Of a stretch of DNA of 46,305 bases, positions 10,286 to 19,217 are shown one piece after another. The DNA is from a virus (taxonomy: Duplodnaviria; Caudoviricetes), in the IMG/VR virus record IMGVR_UViG_3300010043_000005, positions 1-46,305 of that record; one strand, written 5' to 3'. Positions within the stretch are counted from its first letter, which is position 1. Every line of letters begins with the position of its first letter. The translations under genes were made by a program, and so were the position numbers. The notes beneath the pieces were generated by a model, which searched no databases, was not told the origin of the DNA, and worked only from the letters and a program-made list of their open reading frames with translations.

Positions 10286-10792
10286 CTACCTCCGCTCTTC
10301 CGGTAAGTGGTTCCAGGGCGCGTACTCGACAATGAAACTGAGCTGCTCAAAAAAGTGTTCAGCTTCCACGTAGTGTTCCCAGTTCTCGAAGGTTAGGCCA
10401 AGGTCCGCCAGACCGTCAATATCAAGATCGATCGAAAGCGTATCGCCGAATTGGCTCCCGCCAAAGACTAGTCCGTAGCCGCACAGGGCTCGGCCCTGAA
10501 GCTTGAAGCGGGGCCGCTGCGGCGTATAAAGCCGACCGTTATCATCGACCCAGACGTCAATGTAGTTGTGGCTTCGGTCGTAGGCATCCAGGCGCACCAT
10601 TCCAACGCAGTCGCACTCCAGGGCTTGATGCCAAGCGTGGAGCTCCTTAGAGATGAGCACCGGAGCCACCCGGCGGCAGTAGGGATCAATCCACCAGCCC
10701 TTGATCAAGAGAGGCTTGCCAAGCTTAGCCGGGTTCCCAGGAATTTTGGGCAGCGGCCTAGGCTGGCGGTCGGCATTTTTTCCTTTGCTCAT
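10286..10792 (-). CDS. Hypothetical protein, DUF3846-like
   Basis: WWIDP...VWVDDNGRL...ALCGYGLVFG pattern resembles DUF3846 phage proteins. Confidence 0.45.
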   Translation of the reverse strand: MSKGKNADRQPRPLPKIPGNPAKLGKPLLIKGWWIDPYCRRVAPVLISKELHAWHQALECDCVGMVRLDAYDRSHNYIDVWVDDNGRLYTPQRPRFKLQGRALCGYGLVFGGSQFGDTLSIDLDIDGLADLGLTFENWEHYVEAEHFFEQLSFIVEYAPWNHLPEERR

Positions 10793-11070
10793 TGCGGTAC
10801 GTTAAAATCAAACTGCATCCCGCGATCAGTGAACCAGCAGGTAAGCCTGCCGCCGTTAGATATCAGCACGTCGTTGCACTTGGCTAGCGCGTTTGCTAAT
10901 TCGTCTTGGTCCCAGTCCCACATCAGATTGGCTGCGGCCTTGAGCCCTTCGGCCATCGCCACCTCTTCCTCTCTCTTAACCATGTGCATCAAGATCAGCA
11001 TAGCCAGTACGACGTGCTCTCTCTGGGGCTCAATGCTTGGCCCCGGTCTTGGTAACATCATCTTCATCAC
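10789..11070 (-). CDS. Hypothetical protein
   Basis: Coupled to its neighbours by 4-nt overlaps. Confidence 0.55.
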   Translation of the reverse strand: MMKMMLPRPGPSIEPQREHVVLAMLILMHMVKREEEVAMAEGLKAAANLMWDWDQDELANALAKCNDVLISNGGRLTCWFTDRGMQFDFNVPQ

Positions 11071-11282
11071 TTAAAGCCGTTGATCCATTTGCGAACTTCC
11101 TCGGGTCCAAACTGTATCAAACTAATGCCCAAGATAAGCAGCGATTGCATCTGTTCCTTGGAGCGCAGTTCATATTCCACCATGTCGTTACCCATGCTGG
11201 CGACGGCGCTAGGCAGATCGCCAGTATTGAGGTAGTGCATCGCTGCGTCCTTGCACCACTGCAGGCGTTCTTCACGTGTCAT
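11067..11282 (-). CDS. Hypothetical phage protein
   Basis: 71 aa with coupled start and stop codons. Confidence 0.6.
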   Translation of the reverse strand: MTREERLQWCKDAAMHYLNTGDLPSAVASMGNDMVEYELRSKEQMQSLLILGISLIQFGPEEVRKWINGFK

Positions 11283-12124
11283 TCTTGCTCTCCATGAACG
11301 CGAATCGCGGTGGCACCAGGGAAGCTGGTTCTATCGAGCTTCCTGATGGAGAGGCCGGGCACTACCAGCGGCTTTCCGCTCTCGTCTAGGCTCTTGGCCA
11401 GGGCCTGAGCTGCGGCTTGTCTCAGGGCCCATTTTACGAGCTCTGGATGGTCTTTGAAAAGCAGCGCCACATCGGTGATCTCGCAGATGTACTGCACCCA
11501 GGGCCGACCGCCTGGGACCCGAGGAGTCGGAGCCGGTTCATCCGGCATGATCGTCTCTTGCTCTACTTGCGCTGCGATCTTGGCGGCTTCGATGTCGATC
11601 TCGGCTCGCTTAAGCTCTCGATCGGCTTTGCGTTTTTCAGCAGCTTCTTCAGCCATCCGCAGTCGCAAAGCGAGCCGTTCTTTTTCCTGCTCGAGCTCGC
11701 GGATCTTTGCCTTGGCTCTCTCTTCCGCTGCCCGGCGTTCCGCTTCTTTCCGGCGCTCGGCGAGTTCAATTTCACGTTTCTTGGCTGCATGATAGGTCGA
11801 GACCAGAACGTCCAGGCGCTTGTACTCAGCCTCGAGCGGCCCATCCAGATCGTGGAAGATCTGATCGATGGCGCGGCCAGTCGAATTGATCGGCGCTTTG
11901 GCCCGATCGTAGTTAGCTTTGAGGCCGAGTCGGAGTCCTTGGAGCTCCTGGGCGGCTAGCGAGGCTTTACGCAAAGAGCTCTCGTCCACAATGACTTTGA
12001 GCGCTTTAGCCCTGGCAACGACGGCATTCATCGCCTCCAGGGATGCTTCTTCAGGTTTAACTACCGAAATGTCCTCGGTAAGTAGTGGTTCCCCTTTTAC
12101 GAGTGCGACGATAAGATTGTCCAT
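11279..12124 (-). CDS. Coiled-coil phage protein of the type usually found in recombination/early regions
   Basis: KAPINSTGRAIDQIF followed by a long E/K/R/A coiled coil and a C-terminal VPGLSI motif. Confidence 0.6.
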   Translation of the reverse strand: MDNLIVALVKGEPLLTEDISVVKPEEASLEAMNAVVARAKALKVIVDESSLRKASLAAQELQGLRLGLKANYDRAKAPINSTGRAIDQIFHDLDGPLEAEYKRLDVLVSTYHAAKKREIELAERRKEAERRAAEERAKAKIRELEQEKERLALRLRMAEEAAEKRKADRELKRAEIDIEAAKIAAQVEQETIMPDEPAPTPRVPGGRPWVQYICEITDVALLFKDHPELVKWALRQAAAQALAKSLDESGKPLVVPGLSIRKLDRTSFPGATAIRVHGEQE

Positions 12125-12132
12125 TGGTTCGG

Positions 12133-12161
12133 AGTATAAGTCACCCTAATTGTAACCGCAA
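12133..12161 (-). promoter_or_regulatory. Sigma70-like promoter for the leftward early operon (near-leaderless)
   Basis: Minus strand reads TTGCGG-N17-TATACT, 8 nt before the ATG at 12124, in an AT-rich divergent gap. Confidence 0.55.
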
Positions 12162-12185
12162 TTATTTAAGCTAATTATTTGCGCC

Positions 12186-12557
12186 ATGGACACGAGCAAG
12201 GTCAGTTATGCCGAGGCAAAAAAGTTCGCATGTGAATTCGCGGAGTATCTGGTCAAAGTCGGCCAGCCCTACCCACCTTTCGAGAATGCCGTTCTCATCG
12301 GATGGCAAGAGGTCAAACGCCGTTTGCAGCTCTTTGAAAACGAGCTGGGCTACAACCGGCGGCAACGCGAATTTGTCGCGTGCTGCGAGGAGCTAGTCAG
12401 AGTCTTGGGGCCCATCGCCAGGGAGCACCCTGAGTCGCCCGAAGCGCGGCTTTTTAACACGCTCAACTCTACCTTGAGCTCTTATCGTATAGCCATCGCC
12501 GTGAACGAGCCTGAGCCGGAGCCGAGTGAATCCGGTCATGACACTTCCGGCAAATAG
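12186..12557 (+). CDS. Hypothetical protein
   Basis: 123 aa ATG ORF divergent from the early operon; its 3' end overlaps the HNH gene. Confidence 0.5.
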   Translation: MDTSKVSYAEAKKFACEFAEYLVKVGQPYPPFENAVLIGWQEVKRRLQLFENELGYNRRQREFVACCEELVRVLGPIAREHPESPEARLFNTLNSTLSSYRIAIAVNEPEPEPSESGHDTSGK

Positions 12558-12750
12558 CCCCCCAGTGTTCAACATCCAGTAGCATCCGACCGTGGCGACC
12601 GGCCTTGTGATGGATTTCGGAGCTCCGGCGCTTGCCGCAGTCCTGGCAGATCGGGTTCTGATCTAAGAACTCGCGCCGGAGCCTCGAGTAGTCCTTGAGC
12701 ATCTTGCGCCGTTTGTCGGATATCGGCTTAAGCGGAGTTCGGCGCATCAT
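12469..12750 (-). CDS. Small HNH endonuclease-family protein
   Basis: CQDC...EIHHKAGR...ICRKCHDRIH. Confidence 0.8.
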   Translation of the reverse strand: MMRRTPLKPISDKRRKMLKDYSRLRREFLDQNPICQDCGKRRSSEIHHKAGRHGRMLLDVEHWGAICRKCHDRIHSAPAQARSRRWLYDKSSR

Positions 12751-13043
12751 GGGGCTTTACCGGATTGGAAGCGCTCTTCCTGATCAATGATCGTCTCGGC
12801 CCACTCGCGGATCCGCTTGGCGTTTTCAATCGAGAGCTTTTCGTTGATCTTATCGATCAGATGCTGATCGAACTTTTTGATCTCCTCAGGGTCGGCTCCC
12901 TGGGCGGTAGCTTTCACGTAAGCCTCGCTGAGCGTGCGGTCTACACGCTGCTGGCTTTGGGCCGTGATGATCGGAGTAATCAGCTCACTGATGCGCTCAT
13001 AGCGCCTTCGCCGGTTCAGTAAGCTCAGTAACTCCAGAATCAT
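12747..13043 (-). CDS. Hypothetical protein
   Basis: Coupled by ATGA overlaps on both sides. Confidence 0.55.
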   Translation of the reverse strand: MILELLSLLNRRRRYERISELITPIITAQSQQRVDRTLSEAYVKATAQGADPEEIKKFDQHLIDKINEKLSIENAKRIREWAETIIDQEERFQSGKAP

Positions 13044-13225
13044 TTGCGCTTGCGTAGGGTCGCTAAGGTCTTTGCCAGCCGGGCTTTTTGCCCGAGCTTT
13101 CCACCTTTCTTAGCAGCCTTTGCGATCTTTGCCTTAGGAATCGTACGTGCCTTCTTACTTACGCCCAGGGCGCGTCTCAAAGACCCCGGGTGTTTAATGG
13201 CACCGCTGATCCAGTTCTTGGCCAT
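13040..13225 (-). CDS. Small, highly basic Lys/Ala-rich protein
   Basis: MAKNWISGAIKHPGSLRRALGV...KIAKAAKKGGKLGQKARLAKTL; no acidic residues; AAAGGAG lies upstream. Confidence 0.75.
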   Translation of the reverse strand: MAKNWISGAIKHPGSLRRALGVSKKARTIPKAKIAKAAKKGGKLGQKARLAKTLATLRKRK

Positions 13226-13276
13226 TGCTCGAAGTGGCTCCTTTCTTGGAGGGATCTTGCTCGAGCATGGCCAAGA

Positions 13277-13543
13277 TTACGAGTCTTGTTTAACGCGTTT
13301 CCTATTGGCACGCGGGGCTCGTTCACCAGGACGTGAGCGTTTCCACACTCTCCAGCCTTTGGGATCCCTGAGGATCCGCACCTTAACGGCTACGCTTCGC
13401 GCCAGCTGATAGAGCGTCTCGCGCCTTTTGGTAGAGACGAAAGAAGAGCCCACCGGCATCGTGAGAAGCGCCATGTGCTCCTCCGAGGGCGGTCGGCCCC
13501 TGGTTTCGTTGAGAGGGACATCGTGATCGATTACTATGGGCAT
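13277..13543 (-). CDS. Small putative DNA-binding protein
   Basis: VPL..TRGRP...MPVGSSF...WRVWK pattern seen in small phage DNA-binding proteins. Confidence 0.5.
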   Translation of the reverse strand: MPIVIDHDVPLNETRGRPPSEEHMALLTMPVGSSFVSTKRRETLYQLARSVAVKVRILRDPKGWRVWKRSRPGERAPRANRKRVKQDS

Positions 13544-13708
13544 ATACTATTCGTGTGTAGAAGGTCTTTAAGACCTGGGCATCTGTGATACGGCCACTGC
13601 GCTTACCGATCGCGTAGTCGATACCACTTTGATAATTGACTCCGGTCACACGAAAGTCTTGCATAGATCGCCACGTAACGCAATATTTAGCCCTAACTTT
13701 TCTCTGTC

Positions 13709-14329
13709 ATGGAAGCGGACGAGCCTATCGAAGTTATTAGCACGCAAGAAGCCTCCCAGCTCCAGCGCCAGTACGCCCAGGCCGAGCTCGATAATTCGGA
13801 AGAGACCGCCAAGATCGGCAGACGGATCTGGAAGCTGGCGCTCGAAGGCAAGAATAAGGATGAGATCGGCCAAAAGCTAAAACTTTCGACGGCGGAGCTC
13901 GACTCGGCGCTGGCCGTCTACCGGATCCGCCTGGGGGCGAGCGTCGACCACTACCGGCTACTGGATAACGAGCGCCTGGAAGCGATCATCGCACGGTGGA
14001 TGCCGGTCGCGGTCGGCGAGCCGATCGTCTTCCGAAAGATCCGAGACGGCGAGCCGGTCAACGAGATCGATGTCCTGGCCCCCATGCGTGCGGCCCAGAC
14101 GGTCATGCAGGCGATCGATAAGCGCCTGAAGGTACTTGGAGCCACCAAGATCCTCGAGGCCGACGAAGGGGCTCCTGGGACGCGGACGACCTATTCTGAG
14201 CGCAACATCGTCGTCTGGCTAAAAGAGGTAATGCCGTCCATCGAGCGCATCACCCGCGAGATCGAGATTGACAACGGCTTTATCCACCCCAACGGAGACG
14301 GTAACGGAAACGGCAATGGCACTTCATAG
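13709..14329 (+). CDS. HTH protein, putative terminase small subunit
   Basis: N-terminal HTH (WKLALEGKNKDEIGQKLKLS) plus ERLEAI and VMQAIDKRLKVLG helices typical of a TerS-like family. Confidence 0.55.
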   Translation: MEADEPIEVISTQEASQLQRQYAQAELDNSEETAKIGRRIWKLALEGKNKDEIGQKLKLSTAELDSALAVYRIRLGASVDHYRLLDNERLEAIIARWMPVAVGEPIVFRKIRDGEPVNEIDVLAPMRAAQTVMQAIDKRLKVLGATKILEADEGAPGTRTTYSERNIVVWLKEVMPSIERITREIEIDNGFIHPNGDGNGNGNGTS

Positions 14330-14549
14330 CTCTCACCCACCGTGGCTCCCGGTCAAGAGCACCAATATCGAGGCGATTGCCTATCACCCCGAGGCCAACG
14401 TCCTGCACGTCAAGTTTAAGGACGGTGCCCACTACAGCTATGCCGGAGTGCCCCGGGCAACCTACCATCTCTTTCTCAAGAGCGACTCCAAAGGCTCCTT
14501 TTTTCACGAGCACATCAAAGGTAAATTCCAGCACCACAAGGTCACATGA
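14316..14549 (+). CDS. KTSC domain protein
   Basis: VKSTNIEAIAY...LHVKFKDGAHYSYAGVP...FLKSDSKGSFFHEHIK matches the KTSC consensus. Confidence 0.9.
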   Translation: MALHSSHPPWLPVKSTNIEAIAYHPEANVLHVKFKDGAHYSYAGVPRATYHLFLKSDSKGSFFHEHIKGKFQHHKVT

Positions 14550-14884
14550 AACGCCGCACCTTTGTTCAGCTTCTCCTGGCCCTGGCCGGGCTACCGCTTG
14601 TCGCCAAGGCAAAACAAGAGACTCATGTCCTGTCTTTGGCCGAGTGTCCAAAGCATACCTGCGAGCCATTGCCGGTCGCGACCCTTGAGCGACCTGGAGC
14701 CATTCCGGTCGGCGCTGTCTCACAGTACTACGGAGAGAAACTCCCTGATGGGTGGCTTTGGTGCGATGGCGCACCGATCTCGCGCTCCTACTACCCAGAG
14801 TTAATGCAGGTGCTCCAGCACCCTGACTTCAACACCGCTCACCTTCCCGATTTTCCCAACACGGTCATCAAGGCCCAGCCATGA
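14546..14884 (+). CDS. Twin-arginine signal peptide plus stand-alone tail collar domain
   Basis: MKRRTFVQLLLALAGLPLVAKA followed by IPVGAVSQYYGEKLPDGWLWCDGAPISRSYYPELM..LPD. Confidence 0.65.
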   Translation: MKRRTFVQLLLALAGLPLVAKAKQETHVLSLAECPKHTCEPLPVATLERPGAIPVGAVSQYYGEKLPDGWLWCDGAPISRSYYPELMQVLQHPDFNTAHLPDFPNTVIKAQP

Positions 14885-15327
14885 GCGAGCGCTTCGATCC
14901 AGAGGGTTCTCTTCTCGTTAAAGAAGAGAAGCTGCACAAAAGGTTAAAGGAGCTCGTCGAACAACTCGAGCGCCAGCCTCGCCATGCGGTAATGGACGAG
15001 GACGGCAACGTGGTCCCGGCCAAGCTCCTTGAGTGGGCGATGTGGATGGAACGAGCCAAGCAACGCTACATCGCTCGTGACGACTTCGGAGACTGCTTCG
15101 TCAGTACCGTTTTCTTAGGCCTGAACGATCAGTACATGCCGGGTGGCCCTCCCCTTTGGTTTGAGACCATGGTTTTTACCGATCCGCATGTGATCGAGTT
15201 GAACGAGCGTAAAATCGTCGTTCACAACTCGCCTTGGAGGGCAAAAGCCACCACTAAAGCTGAGGCTCTCGAGCAGCATAAAAAAGGCGTGGCGTGGCTA
15301 AAGGAACACCTGGGTCATGCCGATTGA
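14881..15327 (+). CDS. Conserved-type phage hypothetical protein
   Basis: VSTVFLGL...GGPPLWFETMVF motif, which recurs in phage accessory genes. Confidence 0.6.
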   Translation: MSERFDPEGSLLVKEEKLHKRLKELVEQLERQPRHAVMDEDGNVVPAKLLEWAMWMERAKQRYIARDDFGDCFVSTVFLGLNDQYMPGGPPLWFETMVFTDPHVIELNERKIVVHNSPWRAKATTKAEALEQHKKGVAWLKEHLGHAD

Positions 15328-15520
15328 ATTCTCTCAGCTTAAGGATAAGCCGGTTCCGTTGACCCACTGTCCAAACTGCGGCGACAGGCCTTTCCGGCCT
15401 TTCCTGCGCGGACTCATCCAAAGGCCCATGCGCAAGTGGTGGGGCTTCGGACAACGCCAGGATTACTGCTGTTTAATTTGCTGGAACTGTAAAGCGATCG
15501 TCGACTACGAAGCACCATGA
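15317..15520 (+). CDS. Small zinc-ribbon protein
   Basis: CPNC...CWNC. Confidence 0.55.
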   Translation: MPIEFSQLKDKPVPLTHCPNCGDRPFRPFLRGLIQRPMRKWWGFGQRQDYCCLICWNCKAIVDYEAP

Positions 15521-15882
15521 GCGAACCATCCAAGGAAATCATCCGCCTGCCCAAAGAGGTTGAACCCAGCGAGCGAGACCAGTTGGTTGACATGATCCAG
15601 CAGCTGACTGACACCGTCCTCAAACAGCAGAAAAAGATTCACAAGCTCGAGGAGATTATTCTGTCCTTGCGTAACGAGCGCGCTGCCGTCCATCAGTGGG
15701 TGAAATGGGTGAAGGGAATTGTCGCAGGTTTCGAGGTTTTCAATAACCCAGACTATGTGGCGGAGAGCGCATGGAAAGACAATCCACCTTGGCGCGAGAA
15801 CCAGGAAGGCGGCAAGATCCACCATCCTGAGACTACGAAAAAGCGTAGCAGTTTTAGCAATTCAGCTTTCTTCGGGACTTGA
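15517..15882 (+). CDS. Hypothetical coiled-coil protein
   Basis: ATGA-coupled 121 aa ORF. Confidence 0.55.
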   Translation: MSEPSKEIIRLPKEVEPSERDQLVDMIQQLTDTVLKQQKKIHKLEEIILSLRNERAAVHQWVKWVKGIVAGFEVFNNPDYVAESAWKDNPPWRENQEGGKIHHPETTKKRSSFSNSAFFGT

Positions 15883-15929
15883 AATAGCAAGCCCTTTCTA
15901 GGCTTGCCTTTAGGTCGGCTTGCATTACC

Positions 15930-17483
15930 TTGCATTCCGTGGAGCTAAGGCCATACCAAGAAAAGGCCGTCAAATCGACGATCAACGCCTGGGGCACCTA
16001 TAACCGTTGCATGGGCGCAGCGGCCACGGGGGCGGGGAAGACCGTCATCGCTTCCCACATTTTGCTCCAACGATTGTCTCAGGGTCCCGCATTATTTATC
16101 GCTCATCGGGACGAGCTCTTGACCCAGGCGATCGATAAACTCTACCGGATCATCGGCGTTTCCATCGGCCTCGAGCAAGCCCAGAACCGCTCCCGCCTTG
16201 ATCAAAAAATTGTGGTGGCAAGCATCCAAAGCTTGCACGAGCAGCGACTGACGAAATGGGGGCATTCACATTTTGCGACCATCATTATTGATGAATGCCA
16301 CCGCTCGGTCACCAAGATGTATGCCCGGGTCCTGTCGCACTTTCAGTGGGCGAAGACCTTGGGCATCACGGCCACTCCCAGCAGGACCGATCAGCGGAGC
16401 CTGGGCGAGGTCTTCGAGCACATCTGTTTTGAGATTGAGCTGATTAAGCTGATCCGCGATGGCTGGTTGGTTCCGATTCGCACTGAGCTCTTGCCGCTCA
16501 AGATCGACTTAGACGGCGTCAAAACTGAAAAGGGAGACCTGGATGCGGTCGAGACCGCTCACCGCTTAGAGCCTTTCCTAGACTCTTTAGCCCGGGAGAT
16601 GCTGACTCGCCAGGATCGAAAGATTCTGGTCTTTTTGCCTCTGGTTAAGCTCTCCCAGCAATTCGCGGAAACGGCCCAGGGGCTCGGATTAGCTGCGGAG
16701 CATATCGACGGCCAGAGCACTGATCGAAAAGAGATCCTAGAACGTTTTAAGCAGGGCGAGACGCGGATCCTCTCCTGCGCCATGCTCTTAACCGAGGGCT
16801 ACGACGAGCCCAGCGTTGACTGCATCTGCATGATGCGGCCCACCCAGTCTAACACCCTCTATTGCCAGTGCGTAGGCCGTGGCTTCCGCATTCACCCTGG
16901 CAAGAAAGACCTTCTCTTGTTGGACCCGCTCTGGCTCTCGACTGAGCACAGTCTGGTCCGACCGGCTAACCTCGTCGCTCAGTCTGAGGCCGAGGCGATG
17001 CAGATCACGGCGCTGCTAACCGGCGAGCCCGATCTCTTGAAGGCCATGGATGAGGCCAAGGAGATCAACCTGCGCTTGGTCCAAGAGAGGGCCGCTGCGT
17101 TAGCGAAGATCTTGGACGCGACCTCCAAACGCGAGCGGCAGGTCTACGATCCTTTGGAAGTTGCCAGCGTCCTCGAGAACCCGAAGCTTGCGGACTTTAT
17201 CCCCGTTGTCGGCTGGCACATTGAAGACGTCTCGACCAAGCAGTGCGAAGCATTGAAAAAGTTTGGTGTAAATCCTGATGGGGTGCAGAATAAAGGGCAC
17301 GCCCATGCGATCTTAAGCGAACTGATTGGACGCACGCGGCGAAACCTAGCGACGTTTCGCCAAATGCGCCAGCTGATCAGGTACGGTCATCCGAACCCTG
17401 GGACAGCAACCTTTGAAGAAGCAGGTGAATTTTTAGATGGGATCTTCGGAAACCGGCGACCAAAACAAATGAATCTTGTGTAA
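15930..17483 (+). CDS. Superfamily 2 DEAH/DEAD helicase (ResIII/Irc3-like); start may be GTG 15939
   Basis: LRPYQ, ATGAGKT, IIDECH, TATP, LTEGYDEP and QCVGRGFR motifs. Confidence 0.92.
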   Translation: MHSVELRPYQEKAVKSTINAWGTYNRCMGAAATGAGKTVIASHILLQRLSQGPALFIAHRDELLTQAIDKLYRIIGVSIGLEQAQNRSRLDQKIVVASIQSLHEQRLTKWGHSHFATIIIDECHRSVTKMYARVLSHFQWAKTLGITATPSRTDQRSLGEVFEHICFEIELIKLIRDGWLVPIRTELLPLKIDLDGVKTEKGDLDAVETAHRLEPFLDSLAREMLTRQDRKILVFLPLVKLSQQFAETAQGLGLAAEHIDGQSTDRKEILERFKQGETRILSCAMLLTEGYDEPSVDCICMMRPTQSNTLYCQCVGRGFRIHPGKKDLLLLDPLWLSTEHSLVRPANLVAQSEAEAMQITALLTGEPDLLKAMDEAKEINLRLVQERAAALAKILDATSKRERQVYDPLEVASVLENPKLADFIPVVGWHIEDVSTKQCEALKKFGVNPDGVQNKGHAHAILSELIGRTRRNLATFRQMRQLIRYGHPNPGTATFEEAGEFLDGIFGNRRPKQMNLV

Positions 17484-17578
17484 ACTGTTCAAGGCGGGGC
17501 TCTTGCCCGGCCATTGCTCAAACTCCAAACGTCCATGACCTGGACACCCGGCAGCAAGAGCCTTCGCCTTGAGCAGTT
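17483..17578 (+). ncRNA. Long intergenic stem-loop, putative structured RNA or processing site
   Basis: AACTGTTCAAGGCGGGGCTCTTGC (17483-17506) pairs with GCAAGAGCCTTCGCCTTGAGCAGTT (17554-17578); inner CCGG/CCGG pair and GTCCA/TGGAC hairpin. Confidence 0.45.
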
Positions 17579-17590
17579 CGACTAGAGTAT

Positions 17591-17776
17591 ATGGACAGCG
17601 ATCCAGACTTGAAGCAAATAGTGAGACGCCTGGACAAGGTCGAGGCGCAAATTGAATTGATCGCCAAGGGGCTAAAAATCTTTCGCGATATCCACAGCGT
17701 CATCGACACCCGCTTCGTTAAACTCGAGGCAACTCTGCACACTCTCAAACTGCGGCTTTTCGGCGCGGGGAACTGA
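17591..17776 (+). CDS. Hypothetical protein
   Basis: 61 aa with a coupled stop and start. Confidence 0.5.
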   Translation: MDSDPDLKQIVRRLDKVEAQIELIAKGLKIFRDIHSVIDTRFVKLEATLHTLKLRLFGAGN

Positions 17777-17976
17777 TGAAACACGCCGAAGTGTTCCCCG
17801 GGGTGGCCAGCGGCGACTTCTTCATGGTCTACCAGGGCCCTGCAGACGAAGGCCGCGTCCCGATAGGAATCCTCAATGGGCCGCTTGCACTCTCGATGGC
17901 CCTATCCAGGGAGGAGGCGCGCAAGCTGGCCGACTACATTCACAAGATCCTAGACGCCCCACCGCCAGCCGTGTAA
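17776..17976 (+). CDS. Hypothetical protein
   Basis: 66 aa, TGATG coupling. Confidence 0.5.
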   Translation: MKHAEVFPGVASGDFFMVYQGPADEGRVPIGILNGPLALSMALSREEARKLADYIHKILDAPPPAV

Positions 17977-17987
17977 GCTCCTGGGCC

Positions 17988-18281
17988 ATGAGCAAGGCTA
18001 AAGTTGGCACTGGTGAGCTGCGCCCACATCGCAAGGGCCCTACCGGGTCTACCTCGATTGGCGGCTCGACAAACAAAGAACACGTCCGCGAAGGTTTTTA
18101 CGACAATGTGCAGATCGGAAAAGCCTCTAAGAACGTGACCGAACTCACTCCCTTCAAGATGGGGCCACCGGGCCCAGGAGTAAATTCCGGCGACACTCAT
18201 AACCCGATGACGCCTCCCTTCCACGAGCGGCAGAGCGGCGGAATCTTGAACCCGAACGGCTACCGAGCCTTTAAGGAGTAA
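17988..18281 (+). CDS. Hypothetical low-complexity protein
   Basis: 97 aa ORF in the operon upstream of the portal gene. Confidence 0.55.
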   Translation: MSKAKVGTGELRPHRKGPTGSTSIGGSTNKEHVREGFYDNVQIGKASKNVTELTPFKMGPPGPGVNSGDTHNPMTPPFHERQSGGILNPNGYRAFKE

Positions 18282-18285
18282 GCAA

Positions 18286-18519
18286 ATGGCTAAGCAAGGC
18301 GATTGGGGTGGAGGAGGGCGGCAATTTTTGGCGCGCAGCGTTAACCGGAGCCCACACGTCACCCTCAGTACCGTGACCGAGCCCGAAGTGGCCGAGGTCC
18401 AGGGCCCGGCTCCCAAACTCAAATTCTATTCGCAGTCCCAGTACAACCGGCCTCCGTTTGATCCAGAGTTTGCCCGGCTCGATGCCCGGGGCGACGACCG
18501 CGTAACTCACGGCCAATGA
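18286..18519 (+). CDS. Hypothetical protein
   Basis: 77 aa; AAGGAG upstream; ATGA overlap with the next gene. Confidence 0.55.
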   Translation: MAKQGDWGGGGRQFLARSVNRSPHVTLSTVTEPEVAEVQGPAPKLKFYSQSQYNRPPFDPEFARLDARGDDRVTHGQ

Positions 18520-19181
18520 GAGTAATTAGCGGAGTGGTCCCGCCTGGAGGCTGGGCCTTCAAACAGAAGCTCCGCTCCCAGAGTCCGCAGCGGCCCCGGT
18601 CCCAAATGATCGGGGCCATGACCTACGAGCTTTTGCTCGAGGCAGTGTTGAAGTTCCGGCTCAACAATCTCGAGCTCGTTGAAACCGGCACTGCCACTCC
18701 TGATATCGTCAGTGGCGATGTAATGCGTTACATCTGCGGGACCTTCCCCGGCAACTGCACCGGCTCCAAGGCTCAGCTCAGCGCTGCGGCCCAGGGCAAC
18801 TTCGGCCCAGCCAGCTCAAACTCGCGGGTCAACTACCGCCGACCGCTGACTCGGATCGAGGACTGGCTGACCGGCTTACAGGAACACAACTTGGTCTGGG
18901 TCGATCAGGCTACCGCCCAGGCACGCGCAGAGATCTGCGTAAACTGCTCGATGAACCAAAACTGGCGTACCGGCTGCGGCCCCTGCAATGAAAACGCCCT
19001 GCGCCGGGAGCTCCTTGTACGCGGCTCCCATCAGACGGCTCTGGATCCCAAGCTCAAAGCCTGCATGGCCTTCGGCACCCTTAACGAGCTCAGCGTCTGG
19101 CTCGTAAACGACTACGCCAAGCCCCGGCCACGAGTCAACATCCCCCAGGCCTGCTGGAAACTGTCAGTGACAGCTCAATAA
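18516..19181 (+). CDS. Cys-rich hypothetical protein, probable metal binding
   Basis: CVNC, CGPC, KAC and ACW; directly upstream of the portal gene. Confidence 0.65.
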   Translation: MRVISGVVPPGGWAFKQKLRSQSPQRPRSQMIGAMTYELLLEAVLKFRLNNLELVETGTATPDIVSGDVMRYICGTFPGNCTGSKAQLSAAAQGNFGPASSNSRVNYRRPLTRIEDWLTGLQEHNLVWVDQATAQARAEICVNCSMNQNWRTGCGPCNENALRRELLVRGSHQTALDPKLKACMAFGTLNELSVWLVNDYAKPRPRVNIPQACWKLSVTAQ

Positions 19182-19217
19182 TTCTGTCCTAACATCGCTC
19201 TGGAGTTGGAATGAGCG

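Noticed and set aside
13544-13708. Divergent intergenic region with a small palindrome (AGGTCT-TTA-AGACCT) and ORF 13383..13664
   Set aside because: No clear promoter consensus or coding signal; a 6-bp palindrome is expected by chance.
15887-15911. Hairpin GCAAGCC/GGCTTGC upstream of the helicase gene
   Set aside because: Short stem and weak U-tract; not enough to call a terminator.
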